55,817 nucleotides of DNA from Polymyxa betae A26-41 (GCA_003693705.1 RBZT01000096.1:1-55817); one strand, 5' to 3'. Shown: positions 40,491 through 51,502, numbered from the stretch's first letter. Notes: generated by a model from the sequence alone, not told the origin. Made by a program: numbers and translations.

Positions 40491-40884
40491 TATTAGGAAT
40501 ATAACGGTTTAGTTTCCGGTCCCAATCTGACGGAATGGAAGTTCCTCTAGAGTCTAGATTCATCATGGATCCGATCACATCAGGATATAATCATGCTGAA
40601 TAAAGTGATTCTACAGGATGTAAGTTGTCTGCAGATAAGAACTGATTAACTAAAAGTCAGTTACCTATATATGTGGATTTCTATGTCAGGAACGAACAAT
40701 CTGTAATAAACCCAGGAGGTCGTAAATAAATCTTCCAGAGAGTATTAGTGAAGTATAGCTTGTGATATGATGTATCAATAGAATTAGATATGGTGTATAC
40801 TATATGGGTCGGTCAGTCAACCTCCGAAGTCTCTCACATTTGTGGTGCACTTGTAACATTACCATCAATACATTCATTTACTGA

Positions 40885-41379
40885 ATGTCAATGTTACAGT
40901 CCAATGGACACCGTGTTCCAGATACAGACAGCACTGAACACCATAATGTTACACATCAGACCAAGCCATCACATGACGATGTAGCGATGGATGACACTAC
41001 TGATACTATGGACGTTACTGATCCTATCCCACCACCAACGTTTCGTAGTATCATTCCACCTATGCCACGCTCACCATACAGATTCAACATCCGATGTAAG
41101 GCCTGTGCTGAAGCTCGCCGATGCTGCGGTCCAGCACGGCCTTGCTGGCATTGCGTACGACGACGGGAAGAACATTTATGCGTGGATCGTAGTGTGTCAC
41201 CGACCAAGTCGATCGGGAAACGTAAAGGTGGAGGCCGTCCACGGCGATCGTATCGTAAACTGACGGACTCCGAGCAGCGCCTGTTTGTTGATTCGCAGCT
41301 ATCGGATCAACCATCATCATCTGAGTCACAGTTCGATCTGAAAGCGTTACTGGAAGCGTTACACAGCACTGATGAATAA
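40885..41379 (+). CDS. Small Zn(II)2Cys6 binuclear-cluster DNA-binding protein
   Basis: CKACAEARRCCGPARPCWHCVRRREEHLC matches C-x2-C-x6-C-x5-C-x2-C-x8-C (41095-41181), followed by basic KRKGGGRPRRSYRK. Confidence 0.8.
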   Translation: MSMLQSNGHRVPDTDSTEHHNVTHQTKPSHDDVAMDDTTDTMDVTDPIPPPTFRSIIPPMPRSPYRFNIRCKACAEARRCCGPARPCWHCVRRREEHLCVDRSVSPTKSIGKRKGGGRPRRSYRKLTDSEQRLFVDSQLSDQPSSSESQFDLKALLEALHSTDE

Positions 41380-41982
41380 AATAGTCAAAAAATAGCAACA
41401 TAAAATCTATAGCAGGTCAGAGTCTCAATCCTTCAATACAGCAGTCCTGCAGGGAATTCGGATTTCTTGTTATAAACGGGCATTTTGACTCGGTTATAGT
41501 TTGTGGAATCGTTGTGAGGACGTTCGGGACCCCTCCAGGCGAAGAAACAACGCAGCCATCTGATGGGTGCCCGTCTGTTGATCGAAATCAGCGAGCTGGA
41601 CAGATCCAATCCATTTTCTAATGAATCTCCATTCGAGTTTTTATATCTCATAGATTTTTTCTGTCAATCTTCGGGGGATCTGTTATCTGTATTAATTATC
41701 TTCTCTACATTTTGTATGCGACACGGTTATCGGTTACGTTTTGTTAAGCACCATTCGGACGCGCTAGTTCTTGCCATCCTTATAGGTTAGACCGATTGTC
41801 TCCAGGCACAATTGTTCATTCGTGCTCTCTGACACGACCTGTCAGGTTGTCGAAATCGATTCAAGATCCAGCTAACTACAATAATGAGTGGACCTTACAA
41901 ATTTGTTCTTGATAGAAGCGAAGACAATGAGAATGTGATACGAATTATTAAGTTGCAACCAGCAGTGATTTAATTATATACT

Positions 41983-42438
41983 TTAATCATCATCATAGTC
42001 TCGATGTGGCTTAAATCCAGCGAATGTCTCCCCCAGCAGTCCCTTGGTCAGTGACTTTGGACCAGAGCCGCCTTTCGGATGTCGATCATCATCATCGTCA
42101 GAGCTCTTCCGTCTCTTCGGGTCGGAGCTCTTTGACTTTTTCCCATCCGAATCTGACTTTTTTCTATCACTATCCGGGGATTTCCGATTCTTCTTTTTCG
42201 GCTTGTTCTTCGGGTCGCCGTACACGAATTTCGACTTGGGCTTCTTCGACTTACGCGGAGCTGGAGTTGGGGCCGGCGTTGGGGCCGGAGTTGGGGCCGG
42301 CAACGGGTCGGTCCGATTCGGGATCACGTTACTGTCGACAATAATAGGAGCGATGACCTGAAGCTCGGCCGACGCCAGCATCCCCATCACATGAACGATG
42401 ACGGCCAGGGTCAGGGCCGCCATCATCACATATTTCAT
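41983..42438 (-). CDS. Small secreted protein with (PAPT)n linker and Lys/Ser/Asp-rich tail (effector candidate)
   Basis: Signal-like MKYVMMAALTLAVIVHVMGMLASA; PAPTPAPTPAPTPAP; KPKKKNRK NLS-like patch. Confidence 0.7.
   Translation of the reverse strand: MKYVMMAALTLAVIVHVMGMLASAELQVIAPIIVDSNVIPNRTDPLPAPTPAPTPAPTPAPRKSKKPKSKFVYGDPKNKPKKKNRKSPDSDRKKSDSDGKKSKSSDPKRRKSSDDDDDRHPKGGSGPKSLTKGLLGETFAGFKPHRDYDDD
42263..42300. repeat. 12-bp coding tandem repeat (GGAGTTGGGGCC-like, x3) encoding PAPT
   Basis: Directly visible in the sequence. Confidence 0.8.
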
Positions 42439-42789
42439 AGATATCACTTACTTAGAAAATGGGTGGGTACGACCATCGAGACATGACTCATGGACATTTT
42501 TGGAATTTTTTTCACAGAAACGACCATGAGTCAAGGTGTAAAAGCCCTAAATCTACCAATTGCAGTGTGAATTGCTTTATTCGATTGCAAATATTAATAC
42601 AGAATATTTCAAATTTTAATCAAGTCCAACGCAATGAGTAGCCTTAGATATGATATTGTAGCGGGTTGGAGGACGGATGAAACCTTTTACTGAGTAGTGC
42701 ATATGGCATTCTTTGGCTGCCTCAAATAATGCTCAAGTGTTGTCTTTGAGCTGTGAAAGAATTTGGTGGAACTTGATTGTTTTGCCCAA

Positions 42790-43390
42790 CTACTTCTGCG
42801 ATTTGCTTTCAAGACAGACAGCAATGAATTTCAACCTTCGTGTTCCGCCAGTTTTACCAGATCTGTAACCATTATTCCAGCTCGAACATGCCATGGCTGT
42901 ATTGGATTTCGTATCTTCAGGCCCTGCGTCATCAATGGTATCGTGACCTGCAGCCAGAGAATGTGTGAGTTGCCTAGCTGGTTGCGTCTCTGGACCTGTT
43001 GCCCTGATTCTGGACTGGCACTCAGCAGGTACTGGAGACTTGCTATCAACGATATTCAATGATGGAAGGTCTCTGCCAGTTCCAGCTCTTTACTATCAGT
43101 CTTGCGTTTCGGATAGAGCGCCGCCTGTTGAAAAAAATCAACGAACTAGATTAATCCAATCCCATCCAATCTTCTAAATCCAACATCGACGCCTTCGCAA
43201 AGTGACGTTTGTAGTCAAAACGATTACAGAAAGCTGGTTCAAGTAATCTGCTATTAAAGATGCGAGGCTGGCTTGCTCCTACAGTTGAACAAATAGTCAT
43301 GATGGACTGGGAGAATAGTCGAGTCAGTCTTAAGAGCAAAGTACGGACTTCGAGGTCGGTTTTGATTCTTATGACCTGGTTAAAATCCTA
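42790..43390 (-). pseudogene. Frameshifted ankyrin-repeat gene remnant
   Basis: Alternating frames give SLQYLLSASP...RRNQLGNS/HSLAAGHD...KSNTAMACSSWNNG/TDLVKL, i.e. two ankyrin-like units broken by frameshifts. Confidence 0.4.
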
Positions 43391-44954
43391 ATTCTCATCC
43401 CAACAGATGTAACTTGTATGTATTCTGGTTTTCATTCAGACGGCGTTGATTTCGACTTGACATATTACAAGGGTTCCCCTGGATCGTTAACTGCACAATA
43501 GGGTTTCTACTAAAGTCACTGAAATTAAAAAAAAAAACGATAAAATATTCTCCCTAAAGTAAAGCCTATCTTGAGTAAAGCAAACATCAACTACATGAAA
43601 GGCAAGAAACCGAATATCAATCGGATTATTGATGAGATCATGAAACTGAATATTCATTACAAAAGCCAAATGGTCTATCTCAGCAAATTCAAGAGACGAT
43701 TTGAAGACAAGAAGACAATATCCTGACTTGGAAAAGCTGAAATTGCTGAAATAGCTCATCAAGTATGGAATCAGCAGCAACGAAGAATTGAGGAAAATGA
43801 AAACACGGAAATCAAAACAACGAAATAGAAAGAATATTAGACCTCAGTAAATCCTACAGTTTCTATGATATCACCATCTTGCTTCATCTTATGTTGAGAA
43901 GCTCGAAGAGATGAAGAATCAATGAGCGATTTCTGTGAGAGCAACTCTCAGATGTATTCACACGATTGTTGTCATATTATCACGATCCGTTTCGGGTTAC
44001 TAACGATGACCGATTCTTCCTCTGTCGCTGAATCTGGCGCTGATTATCCACCCATGTGTTGGCTCGTGTATTTGACCCCACAGAGAAAATGAATTCCTCA
44101 CTTTTTAATCTAAGGAAACAGATGACCCAAATGCTTGCATTTGATCAGCGACAAAAGAAGAAAAATAAGGTTGAGTATGAAGTACCATTAATATAAAATA
44201 TGAGCTACAAAGTGCTCAAGTTGTTAATTAGTAAAGATGAAGCTGGTCAGTTCAAAATCCAGAAGAATACACAACTGAGAAATCTACGCACACGATTAAG
44301 AGTGATTTCAGGAGCTGATCTACACTCACTTGATGAATGAAGAGATCGATAAGGTGTTGTTTGTCATTCCCCACTGCTTGCATGGGCACGAAATTAACAA
44401 AACCAGCGCCCACTATTATAGATTAAGGCTGGCTTGAAGAGACAGAAACATATAAAACATGAATTTAAACTAAAAATCAGGCTTTGAATTATTACATTTG
44501 CGGTCTATCCATCGTAGATTTCGGAAATCTGTTATCGGCTATTATAAGAGATTATTCTTTATAAGAACATGAATTATAAGAGAGTCTACAGTATGTATCC
44601 GCGGGAGCCAGAACATCCGATTAAATAATGGAAATACCTTCTACAGGACGCGGATATGGAAATCGCGCTTTATCAATAAGTGCGCTGTTAGAGAAAGTCA
44701 TGACTTGACTGTTTCGTATTAATACTTGTCGCAAATTTGGTCCCATAGAGTTAGGCGGGCCCTCTATTTGTCATGAGATGCCTTATTTTTAGTTGAAAAA
44801 ATTGCGCAAATATTCAGCATTGATTGCAAAGAGGCACAGCCAGTCGAATTCTCAGCCAGATCGCCACGGACTTGGTAAGTGGAATCTATCAAGGGCGGGC
44901 TCGTCGTCTCCGACGTCGCGCTTTTGTAAACCGAACCATCTCTCCGTCTCGATC

Positions 44955-45458
44955 ATGTCCAAAGCCTTCCGGCGTTGCGTCTCGAAAATTCATGCATTTC
45001 ACGGGATGGGCGGATCCGAAGCCGAGCTTCGTGCGGCCAACTGTATCATCAAGCTTCTCAACCTGGACGACGACCAGCTCGACGACCTGGTCTCCGCCCT
45101 GCACTCCCAGGCACAGCATGAACAGGTCGTGGTGGTCAGCGTCTCCGACAGCTGGATCGAGAAGCAGCGATCCGAGGACGAACCCGGCGCCGTACTGGAC
45201 CTGATGGCATCGTATGCACAGAGATCGATGGGCGACGGCGTCGCGATCTTCTTCTTTGCCGATTCCGGTCAGCTGGCTGAATGCCGTCATGATCTGCTAC
45301 GTCGGTTTCCGCAAGCGTTCTGCGCTAGTCGTGATGCCATACAAGCGGGGATTACACGAAGTACGGCCCCAACGACCCCATTGGCCCATACGGCCATAGT
45401 ACGACGGATTGGAGCGGCGGATTTCGATATCAGCCATCAACAGATCTTTCATCTCTGA
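44955..45458 (+). CDS. Hypothetical protein; 3' end uncertain
   Basis: GC3-rich ORF MSKAFRRCVSKIHAFHG...VAIFFFADS...; its 3' end overlaps a long antisense frame. Confidence 0.5.
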   Translation: MSKAFRRCVSKIHAFHGMGGSEAELRAANCIIKLLNLDDDQLDDLVSALHSQAQHEQVVVVSVSDSWIEKQRSEDEPGAVLDLMASYAQRSMGDGVAIFFFADSGQLAECRHDLLRRFPQAFCASRDAIQAGITRSTAPTTPLAHTAIVRRIGAADFDISHQQIFHL

Positions 45459-45928
45459 ATGCATCAACCGATCCCCATCGATATTCTTCCAGAACTCGTT
45501 CGCAAATTCTGACAATAAATATGGCAGTTTCAGACTCGGAGACTCTCTCGATATTGCTCGAAGAAATGTCAACTCGATCTGGGAATCGCGACTGTAAAGC
45601 ATTATCTTGTGGATTCTTGCATCTATGGCCTTATTGAGATAAACATCTTCCACGTCTATCGAATACTTGCAGAAATCTCTAAACTCGTGAAACCCAAATA
45701 GACCCCAGATATTGTCCAAGCACAATAATCAACTGAATATCTCTCAATGGCTGATTAACCCTTAACAGGTGTCGACTCTGTCCATGTTGCTTCCATGTTC
45801 CAGTACGACTTCAAACAGTCGATCAAGAAATTTCAAGAAAACTTTCGTCAACTTCAGGAAAACTGATCTGAAATATCGAAGAATTCTGTGACCTTCAGCG
45901 CTGAAATGATCGGTTCTGGTTAACGTGA

Positions 45929-47494
45929 ATGGATTTGGCCGAGCTCTCATCCTGGGTTGGAAATGATTGCCTGGCTGCGACCGAATCCTTTGAAATCGGT
46001 CAAGATGCAGAATGTGGTCGTGGCCTATTCGCTCGATCTCACATCAAACCCGGGACGGTGATCATGACCATTCCGATCTCGAAAATCATCACCAGCGTCA
46101 TGGCCTATGAGACTTTGACTTCATTAAACGCCACGAACTGGAAATATCGTCATTCGTTGCTGGCGACGTTTCTCGTTTTGGAGAAGAACAAAGGCTCGGC
46201 TTCTACCTGGCATTGTTATATTCGGAATCTTCCAGAGGGAATACCGCCCTTTATGGAAAGATTTCTGAACGATGGATTGAGCGATATTGTTACCTGCTCG
46301 CTGAGCTTTGGAAGATTAAAGAACCGCATTCAGGCATTGATTTCGGATTATGAAACTCTTCGAGTAACAGATCCGGATCTGGCACCGAATAATCTCCAAC
46401 AATTTCTATGGGCTGTATGGATGGTCACAAGCCGGGCTTTTGCTCTCTCAATGCCTGATCGTACAATCACAGGTTGATCGGCGATTTCTGCGGCTGCTTC
46501 ATGACCGATGATTGATAGGGCTTGTACCGATCGCCGATCTCCTCAATCATGCTACACCTTGTAATACATCTTGGAGTTACGATCACGAATCGGGAATGTT
46601 CTTCGTCCGATCTGTAGATGGTATTGATTCTGGCAAACAGATCACCGATTCCTATGGTAGGAACATTCCCGCCGAATTTCACGAAATCGACGATTTTTCT
46701 TCACAAAATCGCAAATTTTCTTCACAAAATCGATAGGTTTTCTTCAAAAAAGATGATGTTTTACAAAATCGATGGTTCCAGGGCGACAACATAACGATTG
46801 TTTCTCATTGGATGGATGCGCTCAGGTCTAAAATGCAATTCGCATTATTTCGTGAATTACGGGTTCGCTCAATATGAGAATCCCGAGAACGAGGTCACGA
46901 TCAAGCTCTTCATATCTGATCAAGATCCTCTGAGAATTATGAAATCTCGTCTTCTGGGATTTACCTGCAAACATGTCCACATCAAATCCGACATCAACTC
47001 GCCATCATTTCTATATTGTTTATTCATTTTGAGGGTCATTCATGCTGGCTTCAAAGATTTCGCTTCCCTCTCCAACACTCCGAAAACATGCGGTCTGAGG
47101 CCGCTCAATATCAACAATGAAGTCAAGGTTTTACAGAGTTTAAGAGATGGTGCTCGTCAGGGCTTCAGATGCCTGAAACAGGTATTCATGCATTTCTGTA
47201 TTAAGCTTTCAATACGCAACCAAATTGGCAGCAAGAAATAACAGTTTGAAAGTTCTTTGATATTCTGTCAATAACACATCGAATGACTAAAATCATGTTT
47301 AGGAGATGGATCGAGTGTTCAGTAAGCACGAACATAATAACGCATTGATAATTTGTATGAATGGAGAATTACATCTTTATGAATGTATTATTGAATTTGC
47401 CGATTATATGCTACATATTATATCATGCCGGAAGCGGATTCCACATGATCATCGATTCCCGGATTATTTCAATTCGATATCGTCGTTGTTCTAG
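45929..47494 (+). CDS. SET-domain protein methyltransferase, SETD3/Rubisco-LSMT class; exons 45929-46472, 46519-46656, 46826-47181, 47303-47494
   Basis: GRGLFARSHIKPG, WHCYIRNLP, FLWAVWMVTSRAF, LVPIADLLNH, QITDSYG|LKCNSHYFVNYGF...NPENEV and a substrate-binding C-terminal domain. Confidence 0.9.
46690..46773. repeat. Degenerate ~21-bp minisatellite (TTTTCTTCACAAAATCG core) inside SET-gene intron 2
   Basis: Two near-identical and two degenerate copies are visible. Confidence 0.7.
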
Positions 47495-47737
47495 AAACCC
47501 AATGAACGATCGTCAACAAATGAAGACGAAAATCACGATCATGGATCGAAGTCCGGGCCTCAGCTGGCTGCTTTGGATAGCTTCATACGAATGAAGGCGC
47601 AGAGCTGGTATAAGACTCGATCTATCCTTCGGAAGGACCACGGACTACACGGCCACTCCCACCAATAAACAATCGGTTTCGAAATGGACACAACGCTCGA
47701 CGCAATACGAGTTTACGTTGACAACGATTCACTGGAT

Positions 47738-47754
47738 TTAGGGTTAAACCCTAA
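47738..47754. repeat. Inverted telomere-like pair TTAGGGTT-A-AACCCTAA
   Basis: Perfect 8-bp inverted repeat with a 1-nt spacer, ~150 bp upstream of the 47905 ATG. Confidence 0.6.
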
Positions 47755-47904
47755 GAGTGATCACTAATGAAACGAATGGAAAAACAAATCGAAACTAAGT
47801 ACAAACTCCAAATTTGGACGCTCAGGACGAAAGGCCGTGCATCACTCCGTACGGAGTTTGTCCTCTACTCTCTATCTCTCTATCTCTATCTCCATCATCT
47901 CGTC

Positions 47905-48310
47905 ATGAACTTCATGCTGAAGGTTCTCGCAGCTGTCACATTCGTCATGTTACTCTGGCTTCATCCCGTCAGGTCCGGGGTCGTACTCGTCCCTGGCATT
48001 GGGCTCCTCTGATTTTGGATTTAGTGGTGGCCGTTATCTGTCCAGTCCGGAAGCCTATCCTCCATATCCTGCGGTATCTGGTGCAGAGATTGATCATCTT
48101 CATAATCTATCATATAGAGCTCTTCTGGGTATTGCTGCAGGTTCATTCTTTATGACAGTTCTGCTCTCCAGTTTCTGCTTCATGTTGTTCCATCCTGAGA
48201 GAACACCGACCCGAGCAACTCCACCAAATCAACATCAAGATGCTGCAAACTCAGAGAAGGAGGAAACCATTCCGCCAGTTACTTCTCCGGACTCAACCGT
48301 TCGTCATTAA
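47905..48310 (+). CDS. Small single-pass membrane protein with signal peptide; intron 47973-48024
   Basis: MNFMLKVLAAVTFVMLLWLHPVS|GGRYLSS...ALLGIAAGSFFMTVLLSSFCFMLF...; a 52-nt GT-AG intron restores the frame. Confidence 0.7.
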
Positions 48311-48897
48311 AATCTAAAAACGTCTTGTACGACATTCAGTACCAGGCTGGGCCGCCTTCCGAGCTGTATCGTGATGGATAGCTTTCCTCGGGTCGTACTG
48401 GGCCTCAGATGCCCGTTTGCTGTTCTGTCTGGATCAACGGGATCTCATTCCGATTGCATCGGTCCTCGTATCAGCACACGTCTTACAGATGACGGTCTTT
48501 GATCTAATAGCGTTGTTGTGATAGTATGAACACCGCCCTATCATCATAGACATCATTCCAATCATCTTCTTTCCTATTGTCCTGCTCCGTTTCAACATAA
48601 TTCCAACAATGATTTTTTCAGCTATCGTTAGCCGCTAACCGAAGCGATATCAACAGCCGCCATTCTCATAGCTCTCCCCCAGAAATGATAGAGATCGGCT
48701 TAGAGGGAGCAATCGGAGGAGATCACAAACCAGACTATCATGAAATCAGGAAAAATTCCAAAAAAAGTTCAAAAGACTCTCGAAATCTCGTCATCTATTC
48801 AAATTCTTGCCCAATCATCATACCAGCCCGTCCCAGATTTTTAAACAGATAATTTATTTACAAGACCCAGAAATGTGGAAGGTTGATGGGAGGGTTT

Positions 48898-50504
48898 TCA
48901 GTATCCAACAGAGAACTCAAAATTATCGACATTGATCCAGGGATAATCCTTCAATGCCGTCTGAAATCCTTCATATAATTCCTTCCATGCTGATAGACTC
49001 TCTCCAGATAGGAACGTCCCTTTAACCAGCTCCTGTAATTTCAATATACGAACACTGACACCCATCGTGGCCGCAGCAATGATATACGCGAACTCGTTCG
49101 TTCGGCGATCGTACTGGTCCCCGCTGTAGGTGCGCGTGTTCAGGTCGCAGTTGTAGATGGTCTTGAGTTGAAAGTCGCCGACGAGTTCATGATAGAAAGT
49201 GGAGACGAACAGGGCGACCTTCGTCTGAAGTTTGAAATCTTCAGGGAGTTTGTTCTGGACGAGACGCTCGACGAATTTGTCGACGACGCCGTAGATGGGC
49301 TCGGCGATTCGCTTCCATTGGCAGCTGCGACTGTCGATGAGGAATTTCTTGATATCGGCCGATTGCTGTAATGATGGGTCCGTTAATAGATCCGACATCA
49401 TCATCAGGAAAGATTCACCTACATAATGATCAGAAACCCTAACCCTAAACAGCCGAAATGAAAGAAAAGATTCTCAAACTTTTTACTGAAAAGCGAAATC
49501 GCTAAATGCGCACAAAATAATCGAAAAATGCGTTAAAAACTCGTGTTTGAAAAAGCCGACTGACTTGTGAATCCGAATCCCATCTGAATGAGCGATCCCT
49601 GATTTCCAGCCAAGATCGGGATATTGCTATTGATCTCATTCGTCCGATATGTACATAGGTAGTACAGGTCCTTGAGGACCGGGTCCTTATTAATCATATC
49701 GTAGTATGTGGTGGTGGCCGACATATACAGTTTCTGTGATACTAACAGATGGGACAGTATGGCGTGACAATGCAGAATGATATCCAGAATCAGAGTGCTC
49801 TTCATCACGGAGAGAGCGACACCGAATTTCGGATCGTTGGCGGGGATCCCGTCGATCGAGACGACGTTGAATTGGGCGTCGACGATGGCTTTACAGCCGT
49901 AGCCTTGATAATGATCTCGGACAGCGTATTTCTTATAGCGTGTGAGATCGATAACGTAACGGCCATCGGATTGTGGCATCAACCAGAAGGATCCTTCACG
50001 GGATAGAAACTGCTGCAGAGTCCCGAAATCGCCGACCTCGACCACGGGCTGGCGATTGTTGAGCAGTCCGGAGACGACCTTGATGTAGGTTGGGTCGTCG
50101 TTCAGATTGATATCGAAGGGGACCTTCGACATGGCCCATTCTAACGCCTTCATCTGTAGGTGATAGAGCGGGCTCGGATTCACGACTTCGTATAAGTTCA
50201 TGATGTTGGTCTTCGCGGCGTCTTTGTTGTTAGCGAGAGGCTGCATGGAGAAGTCGTTGGTCGTTGGACCATTGATGAAGATGTTGAGATAGGCGTGAAG
50301 GATATCGGTCTTGATATCCGAAACGCATTCTTTGGCGTCGTCTTTCCCATCATCAATGAGGCCTTCGACAGCATTCAGCAGTTTCGGTTGAGCAGAAGAC
50401 TTCATCATTTTCGATTCTGGATGAAGCTTTTGGTGCTCATAGGTCGTGACGAGTTTCTCGAAGCTGGAGAGCAGAGAGGGTAGCTGATTCATATCGATAT
50501 TCAT
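48898..50504 (-). CDS. Divergent lipoxygenase-fold non-heme metalloenzyme, 486 aa; exons 50504-49565 and 49418-48898
   Basis: FGVAL-x15-H-AILS-H (same spacing as LOX WxxAK...HxxxxH), YRTNEINSNIPIL (TxxINxxA helix), FVSTFYHELVGDFQ (HxxVN motif) and C-terminal NFEFSVGY (IxNSVxI). The phase-1 GT-AG intron joins FT S|ESFL. Confidence 0.78.
49434..49450. repeat. Telomere-like tandem AAACCCTAACCCTAAAC inside the LOX-like gene intron
   Basis: Directly visible, ~15 nt from the 3' splice site. Confidence 0.65.
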
Positions 50505-51392
50505 GATGAAGGTTGGTTGATGTTGATGCTGAGAGATGTGATGTCGAGCAGATCGTTTGTGATTTGAGCGAGATTGGAAGCCATGGGCAGAGATGTCGCC
50601 TGCAAATATTTGATAGGGATGGACAGCACGCGCCATGCACGCGATTCTGGAATCCGCGCGCTATCAGTCTCAGAGAGGGCCACAGAACCACTCTCGAACA
50701 TTCTTACAGCAAGAAACAGATGGCGATCCGTCTCGACATTCTACTACCGCCAGAAATCTGTTTAAAACTGTCGAAGTAGAACAGCTCCCATGATTATTGT
50801 GCTTTAGTGTCCGCAAATCACAAACGCAGAAAGTATCTGGTTGGAGTAAAGGCGTTTCCGCAACTGTTGATGGGCGTTCAGCGACAACGACGCATAGGCC
50901 GAAGATTCGGTGAAGATAAGATGGCGTCTTGTAACAATACAATACATCGACAGCAATGTTTTTATCAATTTTCTCTATTTTATATCAAACATGCAAATTG
51001 TCAGAATGGAACATTTTATTAAAGAGCTTTAATGCTATTCTGTCTGTCAGTCGTTATCGCATAACACTGAGATCGGCCTGATAGAGTCTGTTGTCGTTAT
51101 GGAAGCAACCAGAGGGGGTCATGGGGCACGAGCTCCTTTTTAGAGAAATCTTCCTTACATTATGGAACAGATAGAAGATGTGAATACAGCCAGCAGTAGT
51201 GGAATTGTCGACTGAGTCCTTCCAGAAAACACCGGAACTGATGAAGCTCATTGCGATTATACTTTAAGGTAACATAAAAAGATGGCATTTAATCACAGTG
51301 TATTAATGGCATAACATGAAATACAGAATGGTACATTTGATAATATAAGGCATTAGTTAGACAGTTTGAAGAATGTATGGGTGATTCATTGT

Positions 51393-51409
51393 CCTAACCC
51401 CTAACCCTA
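51393..51409. repeat. Telomere-like tandem CCTAACCCCTAACCCTA (intergenic)
   Basis: Directly visible in the sequence. Confidence 0.6.
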
Positions 51410-51502
51410 GCAAGATAATGAGGCTTTGACCACCCGGTGTCACGAACGACACCCAAAAAACAGCAGTTCCGACATCTGCTCACATTTAGAGACCATTTTA
51501 AA

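Noticed and set aside
38995-40558. 11-bp inverted pair TCTAGACTCTA/TAGAGTCTAGA as transposon ends
   Set aside because: Matches of this length are expected by chance in 56 kb; no target-site duplication or transposase is present.
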